Shown piece after piece: positions 9,162-17,917 of a DNA stretch of 61,511 nt. Below the pieces are notes generated by a model that saw only the letters and a list, made by a program, of their open reading frames with translations, did no database searches and had not been told where the DNA came from. This stretch comes from Pseudacidobacterium sp. (GTDB taxonomy: Bacteria; Acidobacteriota; Terriglobia; Terriglobales; Acidobacteriaceae). The DNA lies in assembly GCA_036264445.1 (NCBI GenBank), contig DATAQW010000424.1, positions 1 to 61,511 of the forward strand. The letters are read 5' to 3'. The position numbers and the translations under genes were made by a program. Numbering within the stretch: position 1 is the first letter of the stretch; each line of letters begins with the position of its first letter.

Positions 9162-11015
9162 ATGATGCTCAGCTATCCAAAAGAGAAAATTCGCGGCGCA
9201 ATGACTGCTGCTGTATTGCTTTGTGCAGGAATGCTGCCTGTATCAGCACAGACGGCTGCCAGTCAGGGTCAGTCCGCCTCGGCCAGCGAAGATGCAGGCG
9301 GCAACGCAAATGCCTCGACCAACGCAGCCATTCTGCAGGAACTGGAAGCGATGCGCGCGCGCATTCAGGAGCTGGAAGCGCAGTTGAAGGCACAACCCGG
9401 GGTCAAGGGCAACGCTATGCCTGCTGACGCCGCAACCCAGTTGCAAGCCTCACGGAAGGGATTGCTGGCTATTGGCGCTTCATCTGCCGCGATGGCGCCA
9501 ACCACACCTGCTGTTGTTTCCACTGCCGCCAGCGAACCGGTACAGGCTGCAGCGCCAACTGTGGATAGGAGAACCCCGTTTGCCGACGCGGACTGGACGT
9601 GGCTCAACGGCAATTCACGCACAAAAGATTGTCCGCTATGCACAAAATATTTCACGCCGGAGATTCGGGTAGATACCAATTACAGCTTCGACATGAATCA
9701 CCCGGCCGACGACACCATCAACGGATCGAGCGAAATCTTTCGCGCCCAGGAAGTTCAGTTGGAGCAGTTTGGCGTAGGTGGCGACTTGCTTATCGACCAC
9801 GTTCATGCAAGGTTGATGACGCAGTTTGGAATGTACTCTGCGACGACGCCGCGCAACGACGCCAGCGTCGGCCGTGGACAATGGAACATGGACACGGCCT
9901 ATCGTTATCTGGCAGAGGCTTATGGCGGCTACCACTGGGACAAGCTCCACGGCATCAATCTTGATGCAGGCATCTTCATGTCGTACATCGGCCTCTTCAG
10001 CTATTACAACTTCGACAACTGGGCTTATCAGCCGTCATTTGTGTCCTCTAACACGCCGTGGTTTTTCAATGGCGTTCGCGGCCAGTTCTTCGTGACGCAG
10101 CATTTGAAGCTTGAGCCCTGGTTCATCAACGGATGGCAGTCCTACGCCCGGTTCAACACCAAGCCCGGCCTTGGCGGACAGGTAAGGTGGACTCCGACCA
10201 ACTTTATCAACGTCATCAGCAATAACTATGGCTATGGCGAAGATGATCTCGGCATCCATGGACGGACGCGTTTCCATACCGACAACAGCATCGAAGTAAA
10301 GTACTATGACCATCCTGAGAATCGTGTCAGCAAGATGGCTTTCTCGCTTACCGGCGATGCTGGCTGCGAATCCGGTTCAGGAGTAGCATGCACCGGCTCG
10401 GCCAACCATAAAATCTTCATTCCAGCGACTGCGACTACACCAGCCACCCCTTACCACAAGCAGAGCTTCCTGGGATGGATGGCATATAACCGCACATGGT
10501 TCAATAGAGATCGCTATGCGCTGACTGTGGGCGGCGGACAGATTAACAACCCCGGGCGGTATCTTGTGCTCGTACCGAATATCAACGGCGCGACTGCTGT
10601 CACAGGCACCGCTTATTTTCCGGAAAATCCAGGCCAGCCCTTTCATGCCACAGACGGCACCATCACCTGGGACTTTATGCCGCGTCAGTTCATCACTTTC
10701 CGTACGGAGTATGGATACCGTCACTCGAATGTGCCGTACTGGGCCGGACGGGGAGGTTCGACGCCTCCCGGTGGCACACAAACTTCGTCCATTGGCAGCC
10801 CCTCGAATTTTACCTGCACCAATGGCACCAGTTCGGTCGATTCCGGGCTTGGATATACTTCGATGCCGGGCCTGTCTTATTCACAGGAGTACGCCGCCAA
10901 CATCGCTGCCGCCAAGGCAGCCTGCGCTGCCATTCCAGGCTTTACGCAACTCTGGCAGGCGGATATGCGTCGCGACGAACAGAAAGTTACTTTTGCCATC
11001 ATGGTGAAGTGGTAG
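9162..11015 (+). CDS. Outer-membrane beta-barrel protein (putative porin, BBP2/OmpL-like) with N-terminal coiled coil
   Basis: GAGGA RBS before ATG 9162, signal peptide, coiled coil (LQELEAMRARIQELEAQL), LDAGIFMSYIG and TPWFFNG strands, and a terminal Trp. Confidence 0.75.
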   Translation: MMLSYPKEKIRGAMTAAVLLCAGMLPVSAQTAASQGQSASASEDAGGNANASTNAAILQELEAMRARIQELEAQLKAQPGVKGNAMPADAATQLQASRKGLLAIGASSAAMAPTTPAVVSTAASEPVQAAAPTVDRRTPFADADWTWLNGNSRTKDCPLCTKYFTPEIRVDTNYSFDMNHPADDTINGSSEIFRAQEVQLEQFGVGGDLLIDHVHARLMTQFGMYSATTPRNDASVGRGQWNMDTAYRYLAEAYGGYHWDKLHGINLDAGIFMSYIGLFSYYNFDNWAYQPSFVSSNTPWFFNGVRGQFFVTQHLKLEPWFINGWQSYARFNTKPGLGGQVRWTPTNFINVISNNYGYGEDDLGIHGRTRFHTDNSIEVKYYDHPENRVSKMAFSLTGDAGCESGSGVACTGSANHKIFIPATATTPATPYHKQSFLGWMAYNRTWFNRDRYALTVGGGQINNPGRYLVLVPNINGATAVTGTAYFPENPGQPFHATDGTITWDFMPRQFITFRTEYGYRHSNVPYWAGRGGSTPPGGTQTSSIGSPSNFTCTNGTSSVDSGLGYTSMPGLSYSQEYAANIAAAKAACAAIPGFTQLWQADMRRDEQKVTFAIMVKW

Positions 11016-11062
11016 AAGCAGCTTTATGTTGTGATCCGCGAAGCTGTCATTCCAAATGCCGT

Positions 11063-11097
11063 AAGGCCGGGGCAAAATCACTCCGGCCTTTGCTTTA
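11063..11097 (+). terminator. Rho-independent terminator
   Basis: AAGGCCGGGG...CTCCGGCCTT stem followed by TGCTTT, between convergent genes. Confidence 0.65.
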
Positions 11098-11125
11098 TCG
11101 CTCTACAAACACTGTTTATCTGGAC

Positions 11126-11668
11126 TTAATCTTCTTCGATCGAATCAAGCCCAGAGAGCGTCTCCTCATCCACATCCCAATTCTTAAGAATCTTGAAGAT
11201 CACACTAGATGAGAATCCAGCGCGCATCAGCATCCGCATCACGCGCGCAGCTTCTTTCTCATTTGCCGGCTTACGGACGCGTTTGCGCGCAAGATGCTGA
11301 CGTGCCAGTTCTTCTTCATTCACATTCTCGTAGGCTGGATCAAGAGTGTGAGCAATCACATTCGCGTGCACGCCTTTCTGGATCAGGTCCTGGCGAACGC
11401 GGCGCTTGCCGAAGCTTGAGTTATCCTGCCGCAGACGCGCGTATTCTGCCGCGAAATTCGTATCGTTGAGATAACGCTGTTCTTTCAGACGCGCGATGAC
11501 TGCATCAATTTTTGCTTTCCCTTTATCGCCTTCTTCCACACGATTGCGCATCAGCCTTTTCACTTCAGCTACAGTGCGCATGCGGCGACCCAGTGCGCCG
11601 ATGGCGTATTCATAGAGCGCAGCTTCATCGAGCGGCTGCTTCTTCCTTGGTTCTCGACCAAATGGCAT
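11126..11668 (-). CDS. recX: Regulatory protein RecX
   Basis: ALGRRMRTVAEV, YLNDTNFA, GKRRVRQDLIQKGV and RMLMRAGFS motifs. Start placed at MPFGR. Confidence 0.9.
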   Translation of the reverse strand: MPFGREPRKKQPLDEAALYEYAIGALGRRMRTVAEVKRLMRNRVEEGDKGKAKIDAVIARLKEQRYLNDTNFAAEYARLRQDNSSFGKRRVRQDLIQKGVHANVIAHTLDPAYENVNEEELARQHLARKRVRKPANEKEAARVMRMLMRAGFSSSVIFKILKNWDVDEETLSGLDSIEED

Positions 11669-11673
11669 AAATC

Positions 11674-12087
11674 CTACAGGGCAACCAGGGGTTCGAAATG
11701 ACGTGTTCGACGCCAACGATAAGCCGCAAAATCGCTGTCCAGCGTAAGAATCTTTCCTGTGTCCAACATGTCTGCAAGATGAATAAGACATGCATCTGCT
11801 AAATCAGCACGCATATCGCGGTATTTGCGCATGATCGTCTTGACTACGCTTGCTGATTGCGAAAGCTGAAACGGCAATTGAAATATCCCTTGCTCTACGT
11901 TCTCAAGAACAGCTTCCGCGGCTCCTGCAATTCCTTGCAGGAGATAGCAGCTCTCTGCAATTACCGCTTCGCAAGTTACCAGCGGTTGGGTTAATTCCCC
12001 AACCACCGCAACACATTGTGTATGATGCTTTTCGCTTCGGTCAAGCAGTGCGACTACGACGCCTGTATCGAGAAGAACCGGCTTCAC
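11674..12087 (-). CDS. vapC: PIN-domain toxin (VapC family)
   Basis: LLDTGVVVA, VIAE, DLADACL and LTLDSDF acidic PIN motifs. Confidence 0.9.
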   Translation of the reverse strand: MKPVLLDTGVVVALLDRSEKHHTQCVAVVGELTQPLVTCEAVIAESCYLLQGIAGAAEAVLENVEQGIFQLPFQLSQSASVVKTIMRKYRDMRADLADACLIHLADMLDTGKILTLDSDFAAYRWRRTRHFEPLVAL

Positions 12088-12314
12088 CGTCCAAAACCTT
12101 TCAGATGTTTCTTGTTCGACCCAAGGTCAGAATGGCCCGAAGCAAACCGCCCCAAGCCTATAATTTTCTTTCCTGACGGAGCACCATAACAAGCTGTCAT
12201 CAGCCGCAGCCCTTCACGAACGACCCGGGAAGGACTCCAACCTAAACGTTCAACCAGACGCTCCAACGCAATTCGCGAGTCGTCGTCCAGTCGTGCCTGC
12301 ACTATTGTCTTCAT
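12084..12314 (-). CDS. Putative antitoxin (ribbon-helix-helix/CopG-like)
   Basis: 76 aa with an N-terminal beta strand plus two helices, overlapping the PIN gene by 4 nt. Confidence 0.8.
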   Translation of the reverse strand: MKTIVQARLDDDSRIALERLVERLGWSPSRVVREGLRLMTACYGAPSGKKIIGLGRFASGHSDLGSNKKHLKGFGR

Positions 12315-12323
12315 AATATTAGC

Positions 12324-12353
12324 AATGTATCACAGACGATAGAATGTATTACA
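12324..12353. promoter_or_regulatory. Putative antitoxin operator: two AATGTATYACA boxes
   Basis: AATGTATCACA (12324-12334) and AATGTATTACA (12343-12353), each nearly palindromic, directly upstream of the TA operon. Confidence 0.55.
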
Positions 12354-12583
12354 TCCTTCGTCCACTGATCCACTCAATCATTCATAATCTTGCACCAAAA
12401 CTGCGGGTTCTGTGGCTTCAGTACCCAGTGATCTACGTCTGGAAAGTAAAGCATCTTCGACGGCACATTTAGCCGCTGCAATGTAACGAAAAACTGATAG
12501 CGGCAAGAATTCCGTTTCAGCGCGTCAATTTCGCGGCTCTTTCGCCCCATTACGCGTCTATCCTAATAAGCGGAGCATAATCC

Positions 12584-13480
12584 ATGAATCGCGCACACCA
12601 CGTTCGCCGCGTACTTGCATTCGGGCTGCTGATTGTTGGCTTGCTCGCAGGAAAGGCCTTGCTCGCGCAGGTGTCGTACACGTCTATGCCTTTGGACCAG
12701 GGCTTTGGGAAGCTCGACACATCGGCGCCATCGGTTCCTGCACAGCAGATCATCGACAACTTCACTGCCAAGGAATCGGAGTTCCGCTCTGCCATGGGGA
12801 ATTACACCTATGAGCGCAGCGTAAAAGTGGAGACGATCGACGACGACGGCAAGGTTGACGGCCAGTATTATCAGGTCACAGATATCACCTTCGATCCGAC
12901 CGGCAGGCGATATGAAAAAGTCGTACTTGCGCCGGCAAGCAGCTTGCAGCGCATTATGATGAGCCCAGCCGATTTTCAGGACATCGAACACCGGCTGCCT
13001 TTTGTGCTCACAAAAGAAGATGCCACCGAATATGACCTGACCTATGTAGGCAAGCAAAAGATCGATGAAGTGGATACATACGCTTTTGATGTAAAGCCCA
13101 AGGTCATGGAAAAAAACAAGCGGTACTTCCAGGGGCGCATCTGGATCGACCAGAAAGACCTGCAAATCGTCGTAACCAACGGCAAGAACGTGCCCGACGA
13201 CCTGCGCAAGGGGCATGAGGATCTGTCACCGCCATTCACCACTTATCGTGAACAGGTCGATGGCAAATATTGGTTCCCGGTCTATACACGCGGTGAAGGA
13301 GTGCTCCATTTCTCCGGCGGCAGCGGCTACTTGAGCCAGGAGGTGCACATCCGGGAAACCGTGAAATACGCCAACTACAAGCAGTTTGGCTCGTCGGTGA
13401 AGATCACATTTGACGGGCAGGATATCGGTAACGGCTCAGGGAGCCAGCAGCAACAACAGCCACCGTCAAAGCCACAGTAG
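12584..13480 (+). CDS. Exported conserved protein (possible LolA/MucB-like beta fold)
   Basis: GGAG RBS, signal peptide, FQGRIWID and YWFPVYT motifs, and a Q-rich tail. Function not established. Confidence 0.65.
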   Translation: MNRAHHVRRVLAFGLLIVGLLAGKALLAQVSYTSMPLDQGFGKLDTSAPSVPAQQIIDNFTAKESEFRSAMGNYTYERSVKVETIDDDGKVDGQYYQVTDITFDPTGRRYEKVVLAPASSLQRIMMSPADFQDIEHRLPFVLTKEDATEYDLTYVGKQKIDEVDTYAFDVKPKVMEKNKRYFQGRIWIDQKDLQIVVTNGKNVPDDLRKGHEDLSPPFTTYREQVDGKYWFPVYTRGEGVLHFSGGSGYLSQEVHIRETVKYANYKQFGSSVKITFDGQDIGNGSGSQQQQQPPSKPQ

Positions 13481-13489
13481 TCTGGAACA

Positions 13490-14962
13490 TTATTCAACTG
13501 TTGCATCAAATGTGCCTGTCTCGATTACATCTCCGTGCTTCATCTGTACGAAGATGCGGTAATCTCCGGGCTTGGGAAAGCCGTATGGAAAGCTGACGGT
13601 ATTCGACACCGCATCTCCACCGCTCATATCCATCCCGGGCATATCAGCCGTCATCTGCTGGCTTCCTGGATTCTGCGACTGCGCCATCATCAGCGCTGCC
13701 ATGGATACAGTGCCCGAAGGATGTATGTGTGCAAAAACAGTACCGTCCGCCCTGACGAACGCCGCGTGTCCAGCCATCCCCATGTAGAGCGCCATGTCCT
13801 TTGGCGGTTGCCCTTGCGGGTCTAGCAATTCGAATGTGAAGTCTTCTGGAGTGTTCGCTTTAAGGGCTGCCGGACGCTTCCAGGTCATCGCGTATCCATC
13901 GGGCAGTTTGTAGGCTGTGCTGGTTTCTGTTCCCAGAGCAGTTGCCGTGCCGCTCGAATCATCCCCGGCGAGCGCGCGTCCGTGCATGTCAGGCACAGTG
14001 ATGGTGGACACTACCGTCTCAGGAAATCCATTGGCATGAACCACGTCAGCATAGAGATGATATGTACCTGCGGGCATCGTGGGCAACGTAAGCTGAAAGT
14101 TCCCTGTACCTGTCTGGTCTGGATGCAGGTGAAAGACCACATCCATCGCGGGCCAGCGGATCGCGTACAGGTGCATCAAATGGTTGTGGTCAAGCACGAA
14201 GTCGTTAAGCCTCCGTGCACGGACCCATCCAGGATCCGTGAGCTTAAGATTAAGAACGTTTCCCGACTGCAATGAAACACTCATCGTAAGCGGTTTGTAA
14301 ATGTAAGCGGAATAATCTGCCGCTTCAGCCCTCCACCATTTGCCGCCAAGCACAGCGGCCATCACTAACAGCACAAATGTAACTGCCATGGCGACATAGG
14401 CGCGTTTCTTTCGTATTGCCGGAACAGCTTCTCCGGGCCTCAGTTGCGCTTCGCGCGCGGCAGCGCCGATAACGCCAACCATGCCCAAGATTAAAATCAC
14501 GCCTAGCACTGCAAGCAGAATGCCCAATCCGCGCTGCATGGTGCGCGTGCCCATTGCAGTGGCGGGAACAGGCACTGAAAATACACCTTGTCCCTGGCTT
14601 CCATTTACGACGAAGCGCACCTGCCATGATCCGGCCGCCATAATCCACAGATGCCCAGTGAAGAATTGCGCGTCCTTTGAGGACTTCGTCATCGTGTCAG
14701 GCACAGGAGGATGCTTCGATGCATCGCCTGTGAGCAGCATAGGCGCAATAGTGATGCGGTCCACATCAGAAGTGCTGGTGCGCACTTCAATTTCAGCCAC
14801 ACCAGGAATAACAAGCGGAGGACGCACGACTACGAACAGTTTGTATGGCCCCGCTGTTCCCTCAGCATAGACATCCGGACTGCCGACATGCGCGCGAGCA
14901 GGCAAAGCGCAAAGCAGAACAACGAAACAACCAAGCCACAGCTTCCACTTCGGCCACTTCAT
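13490..14962 (-). CDS. Exported, membrane-anchored His/Met-rich putative copper-binding protein
   Basis: Signal peptide ending ARA|H25, two TM helices (~145-169, ~188-206), HNHLMH..HLHP, MGMAGH..HIHP and MTADMPGMDM motifs. Confidence 0.7.
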   Translation of the reverse strand: MKWPKWKLWLGCFVVLLCALPARAHVGSPDVYAEGTAGPYKLFVVVRPPLVIPGVAEIEVRTSTSDVDRITIAPMLLTGDASKHPPVPDTMTKSSKDAQFFTGHLWIMAAGSWQVRFVVNGSQGQGVFSVPVPATAMGTRTMQRGLGILLAVLGVILILGMVGVIGAAAREAQLRPGEAVPAIRKKRAYVAMAVTFVLLVMAAVLGGKWWRAEAADYSAYIYKPLTMSVSLQSGNVLNLKLTDPGWVRARRLNDFVLDHNHLMHLYAIRWPAMDVVFHLHPDQTGTGNFQLTLPTMPAGTYHLYADVVHANGFPETVVSTITVPDMHGRALAGDDSSGTATALGTETSTAYKLPDGYAMTWKRPAALKANTPEDFTFELLDPQGQPPKDMALYMGMAGHAAFVRADGTVFAHIHPSGTVSMAALMMAQSQNPGSQQMTADMPGMDMSGGDAVSNTVSFPYGFPKPGDYRIFVQMKHGDVIETGTFDATVE

Positions 14963-16135
14963 CTACCGTTGCACCTTTCTCATCCACTTGCCCAGAGCTA
15001 TTCCAATCAGAGTGCTCAACGATGCGTAGAGCATGGCAAGGGCCAGTCCTTTCCAAAGAATTAAGCCGTGCTCCGGCTCGAAGAACTGGCGCATGGCAGC
15101 GTGTGACCACGAAGGCGTGCCGTAATCCAGATACCCAGCGCCGAAAAAGCGATTCTTTGCAGCATCCGTCATAAGAAAACTGGCGAAAGGCCACTGCACA
15201 GCAACAAAGGAGAGCACGAATAGCGGTCCGGCGACAATTGCGATGAACCACGGCTTCCACGACTGCGTTCGTTGCAGCAGCAGGTCCATAAAGAAAGCAG
15301 GAACCACCAGCAGCAGTGGAAAGAGTGGCGGAATAAACTGGTGCACTGGCTGATACACAGGTCCTAGTTTTGGCTCAGCAGGGAAGAGCGGGAGAATGAG
15401 AACCAGCCCAATCAAAAAAATCGTATAGAACGCGGTAATCGTAGTAGCAGCCCAGCGGTTGCGCGAACACCACCAGAACATGGTTAAGTAAGTGGGCACA
15501 CCAATAGCAACCGCAATGTACGCGCCAGAAGAGTGCAGCTTGATATCCCAGGTGTACTCCATGCGGAAGAACATGGTAAGCACCATCATCAATCCGCCAA
15601 GATAGAGCAGCAGCCATTGCAATTTCTTGAAAAGCACATTTTCCGCGCGGTTCATGGCCGCAGCAATCAGGAAGAACGCGCCGATGTCGACAGCAAAGAT
15701 TCCCATCATCAGCAGCGTGTGTGGCGGGCTGATGATCTTCACATCCAGTCCATAAGCGTTATGCCACCAGTTATCAAATGGAGCGGAAGTGAGCATCGCC
15801 ACTCCGCCCCATGCGGCAAGAAAGGCTCCGAGTGGCGCGCGAAAGCCAAAGACACTTACCGATGACGCCACAAATTCAGGCTGACGGCGGAAAGTCGTAT
15901 TCAGGATGAGATAGCCACAGCAGATTGCCGCCAGAATGCCGCACGCATAGATAGCCATGTGTGCGGGTGTCCAGAACGTGTCGCGGCCAATGGAACGGTG
16001 CCAGGAAACATCCCAGTGCGCGCCGATGGTTACCGATGTCACTGCCAGCGCCGCGCACCATAGATACCACGGAATGCTTGCACGGCGGCTGCCCGCATAC
16101 CTCAACGTATGATTTGCGGTGGTTGTTGCTGCCAT
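14963..16135 (-). CDS. Polytopic membrane protein with two PmoC/AmoC-like metal-site motifs
   Basis: GGAGGGGAG RBS, ~9 hydrophobic segments, WDVSWHRSIGRDTFWTPAH and FDNWWHNAYGLDVKIISPPH. Confidence 0.7.
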   Translation of the reverse strand: MAATTTANHTLRYAGSRRASIPWYLWCAALAVTSVTIGAHWDVSWHRSIGRDTFWTPAHMAIYACGILAAICCGYLILNTTFRRQPEFVASSVSVFGFRAPLGAFLAAWGGVAMLTSAPFDNWWHNAYGLDVKIISPPHTLLMMGIFAVDIGAFFLIAAAMNRAENVLFKKLQWLLLYLGGLMMVLTMFFRMEYTWDIKLHSSGAYIAVAIGVPTYLTMFWWCSRNRWAATTITAFYTIFLIGLVLILPLFPAEPKLGPVYQPVHQFIPPLFPLLLVVPAFFMDLLLQRTQSWKPWFIAIVAGPLFVLSFVAVQWPFASFLMTDAAKNRFFGAGYLDYGTPSWSHAAMRQFFEPEHGLILWKGLALAMLYASLSTLIGIALGKWMRKVQR

Positions 16136-16325
16136 ACTGCTCCCCTCCGTTCAGAATACGCTGTAGCATGTGGAATTACCGTCAAATTAGCGTCGAGGCA
16201 AATGCAGACAACTGTATTCATTCGTCATTCTGATTCAGTGCAGCGAAGGAAAATCTCAGCGACCATGGCTAAATCAACTATCTCGGAGATTTTCTTAATG
16301 ACAAAGAATCGGGGAATAATAAGCC

Positions 16326-16360
16326 TTGACAAAACTAAACTGAACCGTTCAGTATAGTTT
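16326..16360 (+). promoter_or_regulatory. TTGACA box followed by a 14-1-14 inverted repeat (putative TetR operator)
   Basis: AAACTAAACTGAAC-C-GTTCAGTATAGTTT (16332-16360), 13/14 symmetric, 17 nt upstream of the ABC operon. Confidence 0.7.
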
Positions 16361-16377
16361 CACCGGAGAATCCCAAC

Positions 16378-17163
16378 ATGATCCGTGCTCAGAATCTGGT
16401 AAAGACCTTTGGCGACTTCACCGCAGTCAAAGACATCTCCTTCGATGTAAACCAGGGAGAAATTTTCGCTTTCCTCGGCCCTAATGGAGCAGGCAAGACA
16501 ACCACAATCAAAATGCTGACAACCCTGCTCAAACCCACCAGCGGGACAATTGAGCTTGACGGCTTGAATCCAGCGCGTCAACAAAAAGATGCTCGGCAGC
16601 GCTTCGGAATAGTTTTCCAGGACCCCAGCCTCGACGGTGAGCAGACCGCATACGAAAACATGGAGTTGCATGGCGTTCTGTATCACGTCCCGCGCAAAGT
16701 CCGCGCGGAGCGCATCGAGGCCCTGCTCAAGCTCTTCGAGCTCTGGGATCGCCGCGACGATTACGTGAAACAGTTCTCAGGCGGCATGAAGCGGCGGCTG
16801 GAAATCGCTCGCGGCTTTCTACATACGCCGAAAATTCTGTTCCTGGATGAGCCGACGCTCGGGCTCGACCCACAGAGCCGCAACCAGCTGTGGACTCATG
16901 TGAAGCGCATGAACGAAACCGAGCGGACAACGGTCTTCCTCACCACGCACTATATGGATGAGGCCGACCGCGTAGCCCATCGCATCGCCATCATTGACCA
17001 CGGCCAGATCGTTGCGCAGGGAACAGCAGCAGAGCTGAAGGCCAGCACCAACAGCGACTCGCTTGAAGGCGCGTTCCTCGCGCTCACCGGGGAATCCCTG
17101 CGCGACGAGAGTGCAACTTCCGCCGACGCTATGCGTGTGATGGCCAGAATGTGGAGGAGGTAG
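16378..17163 (+). CDS. ABC-2 exporter ATP-binding protein (DrrA-like)
   Basis: GPNGAGKTT, FSGGMKRR, LFLDEPT and TTHYMDEA motifs. Confidence 0.95.
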   Translation: MIRAQNLVKTFGDFTAVKDISFDVNQGEIFAFLGPNGAGKTTTIKMLTTLLKPTSGTIELDGLNPARQQKDARQRFGIVFQDPSLDGEQTAYENMELHGVLYHVPRKVRAERIEALLKLFELWDRRDDYVKQFSGGMKRRLEIARGFLHTPKILFLDEPTLGLDPQSRNQLWTHVKRMNETERTTVFLTTHYMDEADRVAHRIAIIDHGQIVAQGTAAELKASTNSDSLEGAFLALTGESLRDESATSADAMRVMARMWRR

Positions 17164-17167
17164 AAGC

Positions 17168-17914
17168 ATGAATGCGGTCTATATTTTGTGGCTGCGCGAA
17201 CTGAAACGCTATGTGCGCTCACGTGTCCAGATCGTTGCGTCGCTGGGCCAGCCCGTGCTCTATCTACTGGCGCTCGGATTCGGCTTTGGCCCGGTGTTCG
17301 CGCGCGCCGGACATGGAAGCTATTTGCAATTCATGGCGCCTGGTGTGGTCGGCATGTCGGTGCTTTTCATGTCGATCTTCTCAGGAATTGCAATTCTCTG
17401 GGACCGCCAGTTTGGCTTTCTAAAGGAAACGCTGGTCGCGCCGGTGTCGCGCATGCAGATCATGCTGGGGCGTACGCTGGGCGGCGCGACCGTGTCCATG
17501 ATTCAGGGGAGTCTCGTCTTTGCCGTGTGCTTAATCGCAGGATTCCGACCGCAGAGTTGGGCCGCGATTCCGCAGACGATGGTGTTCATGGCCATGGTCG
17601 CGATTGTCTTTGCGGCGCTGGGTACGGCCTGCGGATCGATCATCAAAGACATGCAGGGCTTTCAGATCATCATGAACTTCATGGTGCTGCCTATTTTCTT
17701 TCTGTCCGGCACACTGTATCCCCTTGCCAATCTGCCTTGGCTGATGACCGTTATTACGCGTCTTGATCCTCTGACCTACGGAATCGATGGTCTGCGCGGC
17801 GCGCTGATTGGAACATGGCACTTCGGTTTCGCGCTCGACATCACTGTGCTCGCGTTGATTGCAGCAGCATTTCTAGCGATTGGCGCATATCTCTTTTCGA
17901 AGATTCAGTTGTAA
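17168..17914 (+). CDS. ABC-2 exporter permease (DrrB-like)
   Basis: Six TM segments, DRQFGFLKETLVAP, FFLSGTLYP and PLTYGIDGLR. Confidence 0.93.
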   Translation: MNAVYILWLRELKRYVRSRVQIVASLGQPVLYLLALGFGFGPVFARAGHGSYLQFMAPGVVGMSVLFMSIFSGIAILWDRQFGFLKETLVAPVSRMQIMLGRTLGGATVSMIQGSLVFAVCLIAGFRPQSWAAIPQTMVFMAMVAIVFAALGTACGSIIKDMQGFQIIMNFMVLPIFFLSGTLYPLANLPWLMTVITRLDPLTYGIDGLRGALIGTWHFGFALDITVLALIAAAFLAIGAYLFSKIQL

Positions 17915-17917
17915 GCG

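Noticed and set aside
14963-16135. Calling this a true pmoC/amoC
   Set aside because: It is longer than PmoC, similarity is visible only at the metal motifs, and there is no pmoA/amoA gene or CAB operon. Kept as PmoC-like only.
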